From contig NC_047064.1 in NCBI RefSeq assembly GCF_902459465.1, positions 22,630,001 through 22,694,000 on the forward strand: 64,000 nt of DNA. Direction: 5' to 3'. The number at the start of each line of letters is the position of its first letter. Positions within the stretch are counted from its first letter, which is position 1. Under the pieces are notes generated by a model, which saw only the letters and a program-made list of their open reading frames with translations, was not told the DNA's origin and did no database searches. The position numbers and the translations under genes were made by a program. The stretch comes from Asterias rubens. Lineage: Eukaryota. Below are positions 1 to 13,515 of the stretch, piece by piece.

Positions 1-302
1 TCTAGTTCGGAAAGTAAACAAGAAGAAGGATGGTACCATTTCCAAAGCCATGCACAACGCCATGATCGAACGCTGACTGTTTTCATCCCTTGTTCAACAT
101 ACCTGGAAAGAGACGATTAAAACTTTATTTTATTTTAATATGTAAACTATTGATGGACCATATTTATTTTACAAACGTGAATATTGATATGTGAACAACC
201 TGGTTTAAAATGGCTACTTAAGACAGAGCCCTTGCCCTTAAGACAGGGTCTGTGCAGCACTTACACCCCGCATCGTGCAACGGTGCACAGAGATGTATTG
301 AG

Positions 303-432
303 AGAAAATTTGAGCTCAATGGCCGTCGAAGTTGCGAGATAATAATGACAGAAAAAACACCCTTGTCACACGAAGTTGGTTTTTATGCTATAATTTTTTT
401 GAATAATTACCAATAGTGTTCACTGCCTTTAA
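303..432 (-). mobile_element. Internally deleted copy of the Kolobok-like ttaaaggcagtg MITE
   Basis: Reverse complement matches two separate parts of the copies at 9461 and 56469; ends cactgcctttaa. Confidence 0.7.
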
Positions 433-926
433 TTGGTAAAATTGATTAAAACTAGTGTGGACACACATGGGATGCATTGTGAATGGTCTTGTGAAAGTAC
501 GGTATTGGTTAGTTCTGTTTCTTTTTGATTTTCATCAAAACCGACGATTGTTTGTGTCTTTCATAATAACTATAGGGAAGTGTTGAGAATGAAAGCAAAA
601 CTCAGGATGTAGTTGGCAGTCACTCTGGTCCTACTTTCAGTTTCTCAACTAGATTGTTTTCATCGTTGTTATTTTATTACAATTATAATTATTGACGTTT
701 CTGCCTGAACTCATGCAATTGGTGACACAGCAAACTCCGTCATGCGCGAGGCAGATTTTCACGAATTAAAGAGAAAGTATATCCTTTAGTTTTAGGGAAT
801 AGTCGACGTTTTTTTTAATCCTATGCGAAACGTACATGTCTAAAATTAAAAATAATCTTTAAAAAAATTATTTTAAAGGGTGGGTGTGTTTCTTGAGACA
901 TCTCCGAATACCTCCGATGTCCACAC

Positions 927-1106
927 ACGCAGGAATAAACCCTAGTACGCAGGGATAAACCCTAGTACGCAGGGATAAACCCTAGTACGCAGGGATAAAC
1001 CCTAGTACGCAGGGATAAACCCTAGTACGCAGGGATAAACCCTAGTACGCAGGGATAAACCCTAGTACGAAGGAATAAACCCTAGTACGCAGGAATAAAC
1101 CCTAGT
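927..1106. repeat. Minisatellite, 20-bp unit, 9 copies
   Basis: (acgcaggRataaaccctagt)9. Confidence 0.97.
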
Positions 1107-1416
1107 TGGAATACACAATCTGAGAAATGTACCCACAGATTCAACTTTGGGAGATACTGAGATATTTTTCATAACCACACGCAATGATCAAATTGATTTA
1201 CACTTTCGAAAGCTGAGTGTACTTCTAACCAAGAAAGTCTTAATTTACAATAGTTTTAAGAATAATTACCAAACGTATATACATCCCCTTAAAACAAAAA
1301 GAATTAAACAGAAATTGTCATAGGTAAACATCATAATGGCAAAATGAGCAATACTCGTAACCGGTCCCCATGCCGCGCATCCACTGAATTCAATAAGCAA
1401 TGAATATTGGTTTTAT

Positions 1417-1666
1417 TAGACTTGTGGACAAGTCGTTAATAATCCCACGCGGTGAGATAGTCGAGTTGCAGCGGTGCTCTCGTGCGAACTTGGTTATTCT
1501 ATATCTATGGTTGCGGCTGGTTGCATTGTGGTCTAGCTGGTATCCAAATTTGATCCATATCTATCCCACAATGCACCTCATTCAACAGTCTGCGCTTGCG
1601 CAATGGTATTTGCAAAAAGGTCTATAACTCGACTATCTCACCGCGTGGGACATGTCCACAAGTCTA
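1417..1666. mobile_element. TA-flanked MITE (tagacttgtggaca...tgtccacaagtcta) containing part of the ATAGACC MITE
   Basis: Arms cccacgcggtgagatagtcgagtt / aactcgactatctcaccgcgtggg. Segment ~1520-1626 is the reverse complement of part of 32863-33016. A second family member is at 55305-55496. Confidence 0.7.
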
Positions 1667-2896
1667 GGTTTCGAGGTTTTCCATTCTTATCGAGAGAGCT
1701 CATACCGTTCCTGCCTGGCTCCGCTGGCCGACTGTCCGCGTCATTTCGCCCGTCTCAGGTTGCCCTCCCACGCTGGTCATTGGACCTCAACCCACGGACT
1801 CGATTCATAATGTTCGAGAACGATATGAAATTCAATTAAATATTTCGTAAAGAAAAATACTTGGCATGATATCATCCAAGTATTATTCGAAGTGGTTCAA
1901 GGAAAACTCTGCACGTGAAATATTTGGAAAAGATGAGGGACAACTTGAAAGGGTCTGTATGCGCTTAGTAATAACTCGTCTAAATCATACAAATAAAAAC
2001 TTACTTGATATAGAAACTACAGCAGCTTAGGTTAGATTGGATTTCCTCGAAGTAATGCGGTTTTGGAAAACGTTATCACTTTTGATCCCAAAAAGTTTGA
2101 ATCTTAGAAGTGTTACTGAAAGTAAAGTTTATCAAATTCCAATGCAGATTATTCTTCCTGCGTGGAAATAACCGCTCAAGATTTTCGGCAATTATCTAAA
2201 AAGCGCTACCCAATTATGAAACAAACGTATTCAATCCCGTTATACAGAAAGCTATAATTAGTTTGTTTGTAAAGACCAGAAATCAACTTGGACTGTGCTT
2301 TGCAATAGTTATTCCAAATAGATTGTTTGATCGGCATCCTGAACGAAAAGATAGAATGACATTCTGACATGTTTTGTTTTGTTGTGTAATGTAAAGGTCT
2401 ATACCTACAACAAAATGGTTAATAAAATCCCAAGTTGGGTGAGTGTTCCCATACATTAGGTGTAACAATGAAAGCTGTTGCAAAACAGCCACTGTTACAA
2501 ATGGTTTACCAAACAACCCGCCGTGTGCCCGATGTAAAATCACTTGAGAAAGCCATGTATAAGCAATTTGATGAGCAAAATGCGCTTCAAGGAAAACCGA
2601 GTTTGAAAATTTAATAAAATAATAAGTTTTCTGTCATTCATCTAGGAAGGTTAATTTATGCAGGGTTGTGAGAGAAAATGTCTTTGGGGTAATTCTATAT
2701 AGCAACAGAAATGTCATATTAAATGCCATGTGATATGTTTTTTTTGTTAAAAGGAGCCTTTTATGGAAAGCATAATTTTATTACTGAAACCAAGTATGTT
2801 GTGTGCTAGGTATCAGGGCGTAAGAGCCACGACATTCTTCAGGGCTCATGATTTGCTCTTATAAATAGTTTTGATTTTTGATTCGCCTCCCTCCAG

Positions 2897-2944
2897 CCCC
2901 GCCCCGCCCCGCCCCGCCCCGCCCCGCCCCGCCCCACCCCACCC
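2897..2944. repeat. (CCCCG)n / (CCCCA)n pentanucleotide tract; G-quadruplex-competent on the minus strand
   Basis: About 7 x ccccg followed by cccca repeats. Confidence 0.9.
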
Positions 2945-3586
2945 TCTCTCCATGGACTTTGTATTTACAAAGACAAAAAGTAATGATTATGACATACCAA
3001 CATGTATTATCGCTGTCACATTCGTTCGCCTCATGTCCAGTCGCCTGTGAAATAAACGCGACGAAGACTAGCAGAAAAACAGTTCCACCAAGAATATGTG
3101 GAGTTTGAGTGATGACGAAACCATGCATGTTTATCTGTTTATTTATCTGATCTGGTACACGTTGCAAGAAGCAAGGGCGCAAGGTTCGTCCCTTCAGCTT
3201 GAACTAGAATCAACAAATGAAATATAAACTGTAGACTCATTTTGAGTCCGTGTTTATTTGCTTTCAGTTCCTGGTAAAGAGTACCTAAAGTATATTGTTA
3301 CTGTGTGCAAGGCGCACATTTCCAGATTGTTTTCACACATCACGTGTTTTTTTGTTGTTGAAGTTAACCTGGTACTTTAACACTCGACACAATGGTTTCG
3401 TGTCTCAGGAAATAAATGTTGCAAATGCAATCACAATCGAAATAGTTTCGATTCTGGACTGTTGAGTGTGTTAAGAATTGAACGATCATCCTTAAAGTTT
3501 CTAAGATCACAATACGAGACGTTCTATGTACCTGTACTTTCCCGGAAAGGTGGAACGTCCCGTATTGTGGAAATTCCCTCTCCCAG

Positions 3587-4569
3587 GGCCCAATTTCATA
3601 GAGCTGCTTAACGATAGATTTTGTGCTTAACGGGTGCACCTAGCAAGTTTTTCATTTCATAGCCTTGCTTGAGCAAGGTTTTTTGCTTAAAACGGCGAGG
3701 CAAGCAAGCAAAAAGGGTCCTTAAAGCCCCATTGCTTTAAGCACCCTGTTTAAGCGCCGGGCCCAGTTTCAAAGAGCTGCATCCCGTAACGGTCGATTTT
3801 GTGCTAAACGGGCGCACCTGGCAAATTTTTCATTTCATACCCTTGCTTAAGCAAGGTTTTTTGCTTACATAGGTAAGCAAACAAAAAGGGTCCTTAAAGC
3901 CTCTATTTTGCTTAAGCACCCTATTCACACAGCGCATAGTGTAACACTCATTGCAAACGATGTTTTGTGCCGGCACAGCGGTGATTGTACGTGCGTTTGT
4001 ACGGTAGGTGTAGCGAATAAACGAGTGTCTAAAATGCTTCAGAATCATGTTGTACAATGTATTATCTTCTTGTTTACTTTCAAGTTAGTGTGTAAACCTT
4101 TCGAGGGGCACTTTGAACCATTACAAATAATACATATCAGACACAGAAGGTGAAGAATTGCTTTATCGCCACTCGAGTGCACTCCGCATTTATTTCGCCC
4201 GCCATTTTGTCAGCACCTTCTTCTTTTTCGCTTAAGCAAACGATCTAAAATGTTGCGCGCGCAGTTTGTTTACGTGCTTAAGCTAGCAACCGCTGGTGAA
4301 ATAGGTTTACGCTTAAGTAATTTTTGTTGCTACGTTAAGCCAACATATTTGCTTACCGTTAAGCAGCTCTAGGCCATGCACACAGTGCAAAATACACTGC
4401 CTTTTTCTGTTTTGCTACAGCAAACGATCTAAAATCTCCGCGCGCAGATTGTTTACGTGCTTAAGCTCGTGTACGTTTAGCATGGAATCCGAATGGTTTT
4501 AAGCAATTATTTTTGCTACGTTAAGCGAAACAATTTGCTTACCGTTAAGCAGATCTATGAAATTGGGCC
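3587..4569. mobile_element. PIF/Harbinger-like MITE with duplicated (nested) arms and CAG target-site duplication
   Basis: cag|ggcccaatttcatagagctgcttaa ... ttaagcagatctatgaaattgggcc|cag. A second left arm starts at 3760 and a second right arm spans ~4220-4375. Confidence 0.8.
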
Positions 4570-4611
4570 CAGAACTTTGCAATATTGTGTGTGTGTTTTG
4601 ACGCTATATGA

Positions 4612-5420
4612 AGTGTGGACACAAAGAAGTTCATGATTTCCGAATTGAATGACTATGTGGATTACACACGTCCACACAGTGTTATTTTCAGGGTTGAAGA
4701 ATGGGATTTGTTCCCGAAGCGTGGACTGGGAAACACTTGTCGGACTCGGAACACTATGTGAATTTACACACGTCCACACAGTGTTATTTACAGTGTTGAA
4801 GAATGGGATTTGTTCCCGAAGTGTGGACTTGGGAAACACCAAGAATTAATTATTACGGACTTGAATCACTATGTGAATTTACACACGTCCACACAGTGTT
4901 ATTTTCAGGGTTGAAGAATGGGATTTGTTCCCGAAGCGTGGACTGGGAAACACATGTCGGACTCGGAACACTATGTGGATTACACACGTCCACACAGTGT
5001 TATTTTCAGGGTTGAAGAATGGGATTTGTTCCCGAAGCGTGGAACGGGAAACACATGTCGGACTCGGAACACTATGTGGATTACACACGTCCACACAGTG
5101 TTATTTTCAGGGTTGAATAGTGGGATTTGTTCCCGAAGCGTGGACTTGGGAAACACATGTCGGACTTGGAACACTATGTGGATTACACACGTCCACACAG
5201 TGTTATTTTCAGGGTTGAAGAATGGGATTCATTCCCGAAGCGTGGACTGGGAAACACATGTCGGACTCGGAACACTATGTGAATTTACACACGTCCACAC
5301 AGTGTTATTTACAGTGTTAAAGAATGGGATTTGTTCCCGAAGTATGGACTTGGGAAACACAAAGAAGTTCATTATTTCGGACTTGAAACAATGTGGATTT
5401 ACACCGTCCACACAGTGTTA
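4612..5420. repeat. Tandem repeat, ~101-102-bp unit (one ~115-bp variant), about 8 copies
   Basis: ctatgtggattacacacgtccacacagtgttattttcagggttgaagaatgggatttgttcccgaagcgtggactgggaaacacatgtcggactcggaaca recurs at 4653, 4754, 4869, 4971, 5072 and onward. Confidence 0.95.
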
Positions 5421-5460
5421 TTTTCCACACAGTTGAAGTTTGAAAGGAATGTCCACAGAT

Positions 5461-5620
5461 CAGCGAGGTTTAGCCACACGTTACGCGAGCAAAAACGTGA
5501 GCGTGAATGTCAGAAAACTAATTTTCTAGGTGACGTCACCACTTCGGGCTTATATCATGCTCACGTATGACGTTCACGTTCACGTTTTTGCTCGCGTAAC
5601 GCTCAGCATAAATCTCACTG
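5461..5620. mobile_element. Palindromic MITE-like element
   Basis: cgttacgcgagcaaaaacgtg / cacgtttttgctcgcgtaacg arms with outer cagcgaggttta / taaatctcactg. Confidence 0.7.
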
Positions 5621-6529
5621 TACGAAAAGTTGCTTGTATTATGTGTCTACGACTTAAAGGACTACATCTTTTTTGTCTATATTTGAAAACTGATAACAAA
5701 ATATCTGAACGGGCGTAATAAAGTCTATAAAGAGGTCATGTACAAGGATGGATATACACGCCAGCTTTGCCACCTTGCCAAATAAATATCGCCTTTCCAA
5801 CTGGAAACCTTAACTGATTTGATTAAGGTGACTGTAATACAATACATAGTTTTAACGTGGCCAACCATTGGTTTGTAAAAGGTGCAGTTTTATATTACGA
5901 ATCCTCTGGTTTTCAAGACACATAATCATCATGCGACCAAGTTAATATTTTACGGAACAAACAGGTGCAGCCATTAGGAGTGAAATCAGGGTAAGACATT
6001 TTCTCTTACAGTCCCAACATCTTATTATATTTTTTTTAGAGGGAAGTGGAAGTTGAATGGCTCTAAAGTCAGTGTTTGTTTGGCCCAAAATAACAGTAAT
6101 TAGCCTGTTTTGTCAAATGATCGAACTTCCTATGTCTCCAGATTTCAAGTTTCCAAGTTACGAAATGAATAGTTTTACTTTGACTCTATCACACATACTA
6201 TGGTTACACAGTCAGCATTCTTATACAAAGCAATTTTGTGAGTAAAAATTGATGACAATACTTTCAAGCAGTTGGAAAAGATCATTCACGTTACAATTAG
6301 TTTAGACTGTTCCATGTTTAGGTATTATTGTATACAACATCCCTCAATAACCAAATAATGATAATAATAAATTCTTATAATAGCGCATCTTACAATAACC
6401 GTCTCAGAGGTGAGCAAAGAAAAATCTTGCTTAGAAGTACTATTTTAAATTGTACATACTTAAATAAGTTGGAAAAGATACAAAACATCCCAAGACAGTT
6501 GTTTTGTCATTTTGTATTCTTTTTTGCCC

Positions 6530-6870
6530 AACACGTTGCCTTGGATCGGTCGAGTTGGTCTTTGAAAAGCGTTTGTAATTGTTTGTTATAAAATACATAT
6601 GATTAGAAAGATATTTTAAAAGTATAATATAATGATCCACACGAGTATCACTCGAAATTGCGTGGTTTTCCTTTTACCTCGTCGACAAACACGGTTGGCC
6701 ATGTTAGTTCGCAAACTAAAAGGAAAACCACGCAATTTCGAGGCAAATGTGTGTGGATCATTGTATTCTACTTTTAAATCATCTTTCTACCCATATGCAT
6801 TTTAGAACAAACGGTTACAAACGCTTTTCAAAGACCAACTCGTCCAATCCAAGGCAACGTGCTCCTTTAA
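6530..6870. mobile_element. Kolobok-like palindromic MITE, left end truncated (family of 26930..27291)
   Basis: acacgttgccttggatcggtcgagttggtc ... gaccaactcgtccaatccaaggcaacgtgctcct|ttaa. Confidence 0.85.
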
Positions 6871-8870
6871 ATACAAACCGAAAACCTAGTCAGATGCGGG
6901 TTGGTCATGAAACACCCAAAGCCTATGGAGGTAACCGGTTGCTAAGGCAACCGTAAATCACACTCAATCTCCCTTGCAACGTATGGATCAGAGGGATTGA
7001 GTGACCTGAGAAATGACGAAGGCTTCCAGATTACAGACTTCATCTGAAGAAAGGAGGCCGCAGCGACAGATGAAGAAGGAGCTAGCTATTAGAGGGACAT
7101 GTTGCGTTCGGGTCGGGCGCTTTGGGCTACGGACCCCTTAATTAAAGGATCATTGTTTTTGCCTGGGATCGGGCGCTTTGGGCTATTCAAAAAGCGTTTG
7201 TTTTGGAAAGAATGGTTTGGAAAGATGGTTTCAAAGAAGAATCAATTTTTTGTTTGAATAAAATTTGTGAACTAACACGATCCATATTTGTTGTGGAATC
7301 ATTCGTTGTTCTACAATGTTTCGTGTATTAAAATACGAAAAGTACATTTTCGGTCAAATTTGTGCAGACCGGTAGTAACAAGTACGTTTGGAATTATTTT
7401 ACAATCTAATGACCGCAACAACTTACCAGGTAAAATAAGCTGATCTGAGATGTTGATATAATAAACTATAAGCAATGTATTATGTATTTTCAAGATTTTT
7501 TTTAAATCTGCAATCAGGCATCTTAACCCACACATTGTTATGCAACAAGGTGTTTTTGTAATATTATTTACAACTTCGACGACCAATTGAGCCAAATTTT
7601 CGCATGTTTGTTATTTCATGCTTTTTGTTGGGCTACACCAAGTAAGGATTTATGTGTTTGGCCATTGAAAGACCCAAACAACAACTTTTCACATAACAGG
7701 TTTGTTGTTTCGTATGCCTTACTCATTTACTGAGACCAGAGTGTAGTGTGCTGGTCTTCGATAATCGACAACGATCACCACATGCTTTCAATATGAGTTT
7801 TCATTATTTGTGTGTGCGATCGCGCAACCTTTAAACGCATCATCATCGTCGTATTAATGTTGTTTTCCTTCCAACCCCCTTGAACCACGTTATCATTACA
7901 AATACGGTGATTTCTGGTTTTCCATGGAGTGGTGTCATACGTCATAAAATCATTCGCTGACAACCGCACACAGGAAAGACTAAATCATTATATGATGCCA
8001 TGTAACATTACCACAAAAGAACAAGAAGCTGATGAAAAAGGCTGTCTCAATTTGGCTTTTAAATTGAGCAGAATTTACCATAACGAGAGAGTCTTTAGAT
8101 ATGGCGAGAAACACTGTCTCGCCTCAAGGTATAAACGTGACGAGGGAGAAAACGTAGGGGGGGGGGGGGTGGACGACACAGGAAATGTATCACTCAAACT
8201 TGGTCGGGTATAAACTACTTCCTATGTCTCCTGGTAACCCGCAATGTGCGGTTTCATTGCGTTGTAGAAGGGAGCACCAGCGACGGATTGAGATTTTCCA
8301 AAGAAACTGCTGAGCGAGCTCAGGACACATGTACACTGTGTACACAGTGTATACATTCTTAGCGTGTAGTGTTATGTACAACTATGAATGCATTGCACTG
8401 TTATTGTTGTAATGTTATATGCATTACAGATTATTCGTAATCCCTGATGTGGGATTGTGTGTTACTCTGTTTATATCACCCCCATACGTCTGTAGTCTCA
8501 ACTGAATGGACTATGTATGATGGTTAGATCTGAAGAAGACAAGTCGTCCATCGATAGCCTTCATGCATAGTACACACGACGTGGAGCATGACCCCTGATA
8601 CTAGTGTTGTCTACACACACACTAGCAAAGCCTCGAATGAGTTCATAGTGCACGATTGCTCGATGTACTACACGACTGACTGTGTTTAGACCACAGGGAT
8701 TGGCCGGAGTATTACACAGGTAACGGTTTTGTTTCAATATCTTCTAAAATTCTGTAAGTACATTTGTAAATTGTAACATTGCTGATATATGACAACTGTT
8801 TTTATGCCACCACCAGATGTGCATACAGTCAACAGTATTGACGTGAAACAGGTGTAATGAACATTCATGG

Positions 8871-9176
8871 TTAATAATAATAATAATAATGCATTTATAA
8901 TGCGCCATTTATCTAGTGTACAAGACCCTATTCCGAGGCGCAAAACAAAAAAACAATACATACAACAAAAAAAGAAATGTAAAACATAATACAAAATTAT
9001 ACAATGAATAATCTACTGTCAATACACGTAACGAGCTAAGTGTAAGAGGATTTAAATAAATGAGTTTTAAGCAAGTTTTTAAACAATGGAAGAGAACTAC
9101 AGCGCCTGATGTTATTAGGTAAAGCGTTCCAAAGGTTAGGAGCACAAGCGGAAAAGGCACGATCGCCATATGATGG
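8871..9176 (-). mobile_element. 5'-truncated L2/CR1-group LINE: end of ORF2, 3' UTR and (TTA)n tail
   Basis: Minus frame 9176..9036 reads PSYGDRAFSACAPNLWNALPNNIRRCSSLPLFKNLLKTHLFKSSYT*, the characteristic L2/CR1 ORF2 C-terminus. It is followed by ...ggcgcattataaatgca(tta)n. Confidence 0.85.
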
Positions 9177-9460
9177 TTCCACGAAAGAAGACACTGCGCA
9201 AACAAAGTTTTCAGTTTGTAAGTGTGTCTTATCTCCATGGTATCAACATCACAGAGACCACAACGTGAACCTTTCATACGTTACAAACTTTCTTGTGTCA
9301 GTAAATGTGCGGAAAATTATCCTACATGTATACTATTTGCACCTGTTGTGTTGAGTGTGTACGCACTGCAAATATAATTTCCGATTTCCGGTTTTGTTCT
9401 GACTTTGTTCGGAATTGAAAGGATGATTGGCACGAACCCTAAACAATGACCCCATCCATA

Positions 9461-9837
9461 TTAAAGGCAGTGAACACTATTACTCAAACTATTTTAAAGC
9501 ATAAAACCTTATTACTTGGTAACGAGTAATGGAGAGTTGTTGATAGTATTTAACATTGTGAGAAACAGCTCCCTCTGAAGTGACGTAGTTTTCGAGAAAG
9601 AAGTAATTTTCCACGAATTTGATTTCGAGATTTCAGAATTAGAAATTTAGGTTTCGAAATCAAGCATCTGAAAGCACACAACTTCGTGTGACAAGGGTGT
9701 TTTTTTCTTGTATAGTTATCTCGCAACTTTGAGCTTAAATTTCCACAGGTTTGTTTGTTATTTAATGAATTATGTTGAGATGCGCCAAGTGAGAAGACTT
9801 GTCTTTGACAATTACCAAAGGTGTTCAGGGTAATTAA
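9461..9837 (+). mobile_element. Kolobok-like MITE (TTAA-AG...), near full length
   Basis: ttaaaggcagtgaacactat ... aattaccaaaggtgttcagggtaattaa. Same family as 56469-56864, 27725-27910, 303-432, 12695-12753 and 59000-59219. Confidence 0.85.
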
Positions 9838-10418
9838 AAGGTCGACATCAAGATAAGACTAATGCACAACAAAGTCAAAGCTAACTTTGGTTTTGCGAAA
9901 AAGATTTTTCTTTTATTAGAACCAAAATGATCAATGTGTTTATTCTACAATGTGTTTGTTCGACCGTAACAAATTGCATGCAATGTTCTTGTAATACTTA
10001 TGAATGAAGTTAGGTTGAGCCGGCCTATAAATTGATACGGTCTACCATACATCTGATAGGAAGTTGTGGTAAATCATGTACAATTTTGCATCCATTCCTC
10101 CTTGACATTTCGACTGGAACCATAATTCTCTGCCACTAGAGTATTCTGCCTTGGTACTTTGACTAGTTTCCGCTATATCCGAGGTCATGTAACATCGGGC
10201 TACTCGAATGCTAACGGTGGTTTGTTTTTCCCATGAGACCCCGACTTGACTCCTTTATGATGTCCACATGACCTAAAGCAGGCATTCTATTTTTTCTTTA
10301 GGCCGATTGGTGATTTGTTTCACTCTTCATGGGAAAATTAAGAGAAAGTAGTTTAGAAAAAAATTAACCTCATGATTAAAAAGCCTGAAAAGTCTCAAGC
10401 CTACACCAAATGGTAGGT

Positions 10419-11069
10419 CAGCTCCTGTACTGTACAGTTCCTGTACTCGACACCTCCTGTACTCGACAGCTCCTGTACTCGACAGCTCCTGTACTCGACA
10501 GCTCCTGTACTCGATAGCTCTTGTACTCGACAGCTCCTGTACTGGACAGCTACTGTACTAGACAGCTCCTAGCCTGTACTCGACAACTCCTGTACTCGAA
10601 AGCTCCTGTACTCGACAACTCCTGTACTCGAAAGCTCCTGTACTCGACAGCTCCTGTACTCGACAGCTCCTGTACTCGACAGCTCCTGTACTCGACAGCT
10701 CCTGTACACGACAGCTCCTGTACTCGACAGCTCCTGTACTCGACAGCTCCTGTACTCGACAGCTCCTGTACTGGACAGCTCCTGTACTCGACGGCTACGG
10801 TACTCGACAGCTCCTGTACTCGACAGCTCCTGTACTCGACAGCTCCTGTACTCGACGGCTACGGTACTCGACAGCTCCTGTGCTCGACAGCTCCTGTACT
10901 CGACAGCTCCTGTACTGGACAGCTCCTTTACTGGACAGCTCCTGTACTCGACAGCTCCTGTACTCGACAGCTCCTGTACTCGACAGCTCCTGTACTCGAC
11001 AGCTCCTGTACTCGACAGCTCCTGTACTCGACAGCTCCTGTACTCGACAGCTCCTGTACTCGACAGCTC
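10419..11069. repeat. Minisatellite, 16-bp unit, about 40 copies
   Basis: (cagctcctgtactcga)n; produces spurious ORFs with 16-aa periodicity. Confidence 0.97.
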
Positions 11070-11081
11070 ATGTCACGCCTG

Positions 11082-11577
11082 GGCCCAATTTCATGAAGCT
11101 GCTTAACGACAAGCAATTTTTTTTGCGGTTGCAAACAAAATTTGCTTAAGCGTAAATGTATTTTTTACACGCGGTTGCTGGCTAGCTTAAGCACGTAAAC
11201 TAACTGTGCGCGCAAACTGGCGATGAAAACAAATCATCACCTTATCTGTCTTAAAAGTAGTATTAATTGTAATGGTTCAAAGCACCCCTTGAAAGGTTTC
11301 ACACTAACTTGAGAGTAAACAAGAAGAAGATACATTGTACAACATTTCTGAAACATCTTAGACAACAGTTAACTTCTCTGCACCTACCACACACACGTAA
11401 AATACACGCATCTGTGCGGCCACACTAACTTTTGTTTCACTATATGCGCTGTTAGTCTTTAAGAACCCCTTTTGCTTGCTTACCGCTTTAAGCAAAAAAC
11501 ATTGAAATTAACAATTTTGCCATGGCGCGCCCGGTAAGCACACAATCGACCGTTAAGCAGCTCCATGAAATTTGGCC
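11082..11577. mobile_element. PIF/Harbinger-like MITE with CTG target-site duplication
   Basis: ctg|ggcccaatttcatgaagctgcttaac ... gttaagcagctccatgaaatttggcc|ctg. Confidence 0.8.
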
Positions 11578-13515
11578 CTGAACTTTCCCGCATCTGGTGC
11601 TCGTTGAAAATAGTCTCCTTGGGTTAATGTTATGCACAAAATCGTGTACTTTGTGCACCCGAATTTGTTGCACCACGCGATGTGTTTAAAAGAGTGCAGT
11701 TTTTAAGGTCACCATACCAAAGGGTCAACCTGTCCACCCATGCAGTGCATTACTGAATCGATGTTGTCTGGTGACTCCATGCGAAGCTTATCGACCGGAG
11801 TCTAGAGCTAAACCAAAAATCAAATTCTCTTGGCTTTTACATTCATATGTTATGAAACTCTTGGCTGTAAATAAATGACCCATGTTTAGCACATGGAGCT
11901 GCTGAAGGGCGACATACGTCAGTTTACATGTCTGTTGTCTCACCTTGTCTGTCTTGCCTTTTCGCCTACTGTAAGTACACGGTTGAATGTTGTAAACAAG
12001 GAAGAAGCTTTTCCCCTCTCTACCCCTCGTTAGTTTTTTACCAAGAAACGTAGGCATGCCCTCATTTCGCAGACGTCAGTTTAATTTAATTAGAATGGTC
12101 TAAATGAAATTACAGTATAAATACAACATAGGAGGCAGCCCCAGATATGACTTTAAACAAGAAACAGAAATGTTAAATCAAAGGAGACGGGAAGGCGATA
12201 TTGACAATAGATCCAACAGACAACATGGGTCTGGATCCAAACAAAACAGGGAAAACGCCACATAAGTTCGAATATTTTCTGTGGGGCTCGATTGGAAACG
12301 AGACATATTACTAGACAGATTGTGAAATTATGTTTTCCTGGACGCAGCTGTCGATGACCAACCTTTCCTAACATTTAGAGTTAATCAAACCATGGAGATC
12401 AAACCCAACCTCGACGCCTACAACCCCCCCCCCCCCCGAAGCCTGAATTATTTATTTGAAATGGATTGAGGCAAACGAGCGAGGAATTAGATCCCGTGTG
12501 AATATCCCAGTAATTATTGATTTGATGTACGCTTCGTAGGGTCTACATCCACTACCAGTCCGAATTTTAATCAGTGTATATGGGAGGGGAGAGGGGGTGG
12601 TGGGTCTGCTCCATTTCTGAACCAGCAAGAGACAGCTCTGCTCAAATCCATAAGAAGTTTCCCTCTGTGAAACTATACACCATTTCTACCTCCATATACA
12701 CTAAGTGAGAAGACTGGTCTTTGAGAATTTACCAAAGGTGTCCAGTGCCTTAAACCGACTCAATCATGTACTGTTCGTTGCTGCAGCTTAAAAAACGGTG
12801 CCCTGAACGAACATGACCACATTTCATTTAAGACTTCATGAGCTGTGAACAGTAAACTGGTTATCAGCTTACATTCCATAAAATGTACAATAATTGCAAC
12901 TGGTGCCCCAGTCACTAAGCAGTATTTTCTGCTTAACAGCTCAATGTAATTGGGCCCAGGAAGTGACCCACAAATAACGGTTAGAATCACAACCATGAAT
13001 CATCGACTCGATGCCCCTAAGCTATTGACCAAACTGAAATTTTGAAATGTACCAACTCACGACTTGGACGTACATGTACTTTGCACGTGTGTTTACTATA
13101 CGCATTGCAGGCAAAGTCTGCCTCGATTGACGTCACAAAAGGGGTAGGCAGAGTCAGCCCCCCCCCAAACAACTTTATATATTTTTTAAACATATAAATC
13201 GTGACAAACAATTACTTAACAAATTGTTTTATTGTTCGTAAGCATATTATACTCTTATGTTTGAAAGAAAAACAATTATATTTCCAGGTGACTTTAATAA
13301 TTCTATTGCCTTACCATGTCGTATACATTCACTGGTCATGTGATCTACCATGGCTTGGTATCCTACGCTAGACCAAACCACATATCCTAGAGGGGTGTCA
13401 ATCAACACGGTCAGTGATTTGGTTAGGAGGGGCAGGAGGATTTGCCAGCATCCTTTGTGTATAAAATGGGTGATGAAACTATAAATTACAGCCTTACAAT
13501 ATTGAGTGGACAAAT

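Noticed and set aside
4555-5570. Cluster of ORFs including a 172-aa ORF
   Set aside because: Products of the ~101-bp tandem repeat on both strands.
8909-9354. ORF-track proteins over the LINE fragment
   Set aside because: Wrong frames; the informative frame is 9176..9036 on the minus strand.
10521-11149. 191-aa and overlapping ORFs
   Set aside because: Translations of the 16-bp minisatellite; several frames are open.
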